Assembly (NCBI GenBank): GCA_017624395.1
Contig: JAGANE010000071.1
Coordinates: 1 to 45,031, forward strand
Reading direction: 5' to 3'
Source of the DNA: Clostridia bacterium
Lineage (GTDB): Bacteria > Bacillota > Clostridia > Oscillospirales > CAG-272
DNA length: 45,031 nt
Each line of letters begins with the position of its first letter. Position 1 is the first letter of the stretch. The translations under genes and the position numbers were made by a program. Below, one piece after another: positions 42,755-45,031 of the stretch. The notes under the pieces are model-generated. The model was not told the origin of the DNA. It did not search any database and worked only from the letters and a program-made list of their open reading frames with translations.

Positions 42755-42780
42755 GAGCCGCATACAATGGTGTGCGGCTC
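42755..42780 (+). terminator. hairpin GAGCCGCA-N10-TGCGGCTC after the giant gene (weak or absent U-tract)
   Basis: 8-bp GC-rich stem 16 nt after the stop at 42739. The sequence that follows is GGCGTTCTG. Confidence 0.4.
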
Positions 42781-42894
42781 GGCGTTCTGAGGACGGTGAG
42801 GGGAGACTTCGGTACGAGGTTTTCCCTCGCTTGATTTTGGGGATCATATATTTTTTAAAGCTGATCAAAGCTTTTATAGAAGGAAGGTTTTTTC

Positions 42895-43632
42895 TTGAAA
42901 TATATTGAGCATTATAAAATCAAATGGCATGATACCGATGCAAATCGCATGGTTTCCCCTTCCAGGGTGCTTGCTTATATGCAGGAGACTGCCAATTTAC
43001 ACCTGCGCTCCTGCGGTATGAGTCTGGACGATCTTCGCGACCAAAAAAAGCTTGCTTTTATATTGAGCCGCATTGCCATTCGCATCTACGAGCCGATGTA
43101 TGCGTATGAGGAAATTGACGTTGAGACTTGGGTGTGCGAGAGCCGAGGGATGAGCTTTCACCGATGCTTTCGCATTTTACGCCAAGATACTGTGATTGCC
43201 GAGGCGTTTTCGGTTTGGGCGTTGTTGGATCTTTGTGACAAAAAGCTGTTGCCATCCACCGCGTTCCCCTATCAAATTGAGCCCGAGCTTCCCTTGGGGC
43301 AGGAAATGGCGGTCCGCGTGCGCCTGCCTGCAATGTCTTTGATGAAGTACGTGGGAGACCGCAAGATCGTGTATTCGGATATTGACTACAACGGGCATAT
43401 GAACAATACGCATTACCCTGATATGCTTTGCGATTTTACCCCCGATATTCATCGCAAACGGGTGATTGGGCTAACCCTCTCCTTTTTGCATGAGGCGGCG
43501 TACGGAAACACGCTCAAGGTTTATCGTGCTGCACGCGAGGGGGGATATTACTTCCGTACCGTCAATGGAGAGGGGACGACCTGCCTGGAGGCATCTCTCG
43601 TGACCGAGGATTTTAACGGACTAATGTTATGA
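42895..43632 (+). CDS. acyl-ACP thioesterase family protein
   Basis: 245 aa with a double hot-dog pattern: N-terminal YKIKWHDTDANRMVSPSRVLAYMQETANLH and a second half with YSDIDYNGHMNNTHY. It has a TTG start with AGGAAGG upstream. Confidence 0.8.
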   Translation: MKYIEHYKIKWHDTDANRMVSPSRVLAYMQETANLHLRSCGMSLDDLRDQKKLAFILSRIAIRIYEPMYAYEEIDVETWVCESRGMSFHRCFRILRQDTVIAEAFSVWALLDLCDKKLLPSTAFPYQIEPELPLGQEMAVRVRLPAMSLMKYVGDRKIVYSDIDYNGHMNNTHYPDMLCDFTPDIHRKRVIGLTLSFLHEAAYGNTLKVYRAAREGGYYFRTVNGEGTTCLEASLVTEDFNGLML

Positions 43633-43648
43633 TAAAAGAGGTTTACCA

Positions 43649-44671
43649 ATGAAAACGACAGATGCAAAGATCAAAAAATGGCAGCTTTTGCGCTGCCGCT
43701 TCCGTGGAGAAATTGCCGATTTGACCGAGGTGGATTTTATTGCCGTTGGAAAGCGTGCCTTTTACCGAAAAAAACGTTTGGAGGAGGTTCTTCTGCCCGA
43801 CTCAGCTTCGGCAATCAAAACCGACGCTTTTGCAAAATGCAAGCGCTTGAAAAAAATCACCTTGCCAAGCAACACGAGCGTGGGGCTTGCCAACGGTGCT
43901 TTTTCGGGCTGCAGACGTCTGCAAACAGTGGAAAATATGCAGATGATCTCGCTGATCGGGGCGCGCACCTTTGCGGATTGTCGTATGCTGACCGACGTTA
44001 CGTTTGGTCAGGAGCTTCGTAAGATCGGTGAAGAAGCCTTTTGTGGTTGTACCTCGTTGCGGAGCCTGACGCTTCCGTCCTCCATTCAGACCTTGGGCAG
44101 AGCTGCCTTTGCCGGGTGTACCGAGCTTGCACGCGTAGAGATGGAGGCGGGGATGGATGCTACGGCAGCGGATCTGTTCCGCGGCTGTATTTCGCTTTCC
44201 GATGTTACTCTGTCACCTCTTTGGACGGAGATCGCAAAGGGAACCTTTCGTGAGTGCTCGGCGCTTTTGGAGATAACAGTTCCTTCGCAGATCCAACGGA
44301 TCGGGAAAAAAGCCTTTTTGGGGTGTGCGCGGCTGTCGTCGGTCACGCTGGAGCACGGTGTGACACGTATTGATGCATCGGCTTTTGCCAAAACACCGCG
44401 CCTTAAGGAGATCATAGTGCCGTCGTCGCTCAAGCGGTTGGGATTTGGCGCATTTGGTTTGGGAAAAACCGATGAAAAAGCGGTGATGTACGTGGAAAAC
44501 GAGTACATGGTGCGCCGCATGAAACGGCTTTTGTTGTTGTGCGGATCTTGGGGGCGTGTGCGCGTGGAGCAAAGCGGAAAGACGCTTGCCGAGCGAAAGC
44601 GCGAAAGGCATCGCACAAGTCTTGAGCAGGATCCTGTACACCTGATCGACCGATCCATGTCGGATAACTGA
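43649..44671 (+). CDS. BspA-type leucine-rich-repeat (LRR_5) protein, no signal peptide
   Basis: Repeating units of about 23 aa of the form F.GC..L..(I/V)TLP..(I/L)..IG..AF..C. RBS AAAGAGG. Confidence 0.85.
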   Translation: MKTTDAKIKKWQLLRCRFRGEIADLTEVDFIAVGKRAFYRKKRLEEVLLPDSASAIKTDAFAKCKRLKKITLPSNTSVGLANGAFSGCRRLQTVENMQMISLIGARTFADCRMLTDVTFGQELRKIGEEAFCGCTSLRSLTLPSSIQTLGRAAFAGCTELARVEMEAGMDATAADLFRGCISLSDVTLSPLWTEIAKGTFRECSALLEITVPSQIQRIGKKAFLGCARLSSVTLEHGVTRIDASAFAKTPRLKEIIVPSSLKRLGFGAFGLGKTDEKAVMYVENEYMVRRMKRLLLLCGSWGRVRVEQSGKTLAERKRERHRTSLEQDPVHLIDRSMSDN

Positions 44672-44789
44672 TAGAAAAAGCGATTGCAACCCAAGGTTTA
44701 CAAAAAGAAACGCCGAATTGGTGGTATGTTTTTCCCTTGTATGCTACAATAGTGGCAACGCAGCGTTAGAAAATATCAGGAGGAACAAT

Positions 44790-45031
44790 ATGACACTTGG
44801 CGAAAAGCTATCAAGGCTTAGAAAGGAATACAACTACACACAGGAGCAGCTTGCCGATATTTTGGGCGTTTCCCGTCAGTCGGTCAGTAAATGGGAATCG
44901 GATATTGCATATCCCGAGACAGATAAGCTGATCAAAATGGGAAAGCTGTTTGAATGCTCCATGGATTATCTTCTCAATGAGGAGAATAGCCAAAGACAAG
45001 GGGTACAGCCAACCGAACAAGAAAGTGTTTG
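44790..45031 (+). CDS. XRE-family HTH regulator, 3'-truncated by the window edge
   Basis: ATG at 44790 after AGGAGG. MTLGEKLSRLRKEYNYTQEQLADILGVSRQSVSKWESDIAYPETDKLIKMGKLFECSMDYLL is a canonical HTH_3 domain. The frame is still open at the window end. Confidence 0.85.
   Translation, partial: MTLGEKLSRLRKEYNYTQEQLADILGVSRQSVSKWESDIAYPETDKLIKMGKLFECSMDYLLNEENSQRQGVQPTEQESV

Noticed and set aside
36425-42868. 2147-aa minus-strand ORF covering the whole 2057-aa plus-strand gene. Analogous ORFs: 29875-33204 (1109 aa), 8926-12639 (1237 aa), 12649-13236 and 13258-14445.
   Set aside because: They are in exactly the codon-aligned antisense phase of genes with strong sense-strand evidence (signal peptides, RBSs, recognisable domains). 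Their translations are Cys/Gly/Val/Leu/Asn-rich nonsense, for example CFLCGSLLSGCLFCGSF from the acidic repeat. They lack RBSs. They are explained by the absence of TTA/CTA/TCA sense codons.

Overview
45-kb chromosomal segment, moderately GC-rich. It looks Gram-positive and Clostridia-like; this is an inference from AGGAGG-type RBSs, TTGACA-N17-TGnTATAAT promoters, many lipobox signal peptides, a BspA-type LRR protein, Listeria-Bacteroides repeats and a DUF2975/YozG-type pair. I support 27 CDS plus a possible fragment at the left edge. I saw no rRNA, tRNA, CRISPR array, transposase, integrase or phage gene. Left end (1-8.2 kb, mostly minus strand): alanine racemase, a small lipoprotein, a low-GC MerR operon with two small membrane proteins, a hypothetical protein, meso-DAP dehydrogenase, and a low-GC membrane-anchored 632-aa protein. 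Centre (8.3-33.2 kb, all plus strand) has three transcription units. (i) A 2116-aa Cys-module lipoprotein, a 425-aa lipoprotein and a MacB/FtsX-type ABC transporter. (ii) A 7-gene operon: EEP-fold hydrolase, 3-TM protein, MoxR AAA+, DUF58, vWA, double-vWA and a Cys-rich lipoprotein. This is a non-canonical Bat-like module, and the first vWA gene carries an apparent +1 frameshift in a G5 run. (iii) A 1072-aa lipoprotein with His/Cys/Asp modules and a recent 282-nt tandem duplication. Right end: a DUF2975 / small HTH / 12-TM-class membrane protein operon (minus strand). Then a 2057-aa secreted protein with a C-terminal TM hairpin and a long acidic EEAT/EEAPA repeat tail, acyl-ACP thioesterase, a BspA-like LRR protein and a truncated XRE regulator. 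The best candidate for an undescribed system is the envelope island at 8.3-42.8 kb: three giant, differently anchored surface proteins around a mechanotransmission-type ABC transporter and a MoxR/DUF58/vWA module. All functional links there are inference. The very long antisense ORFs (up to 2147 aa) are codon-aligned shadows caused by near-absence of TTA/CTA/TCA codons, not genes.
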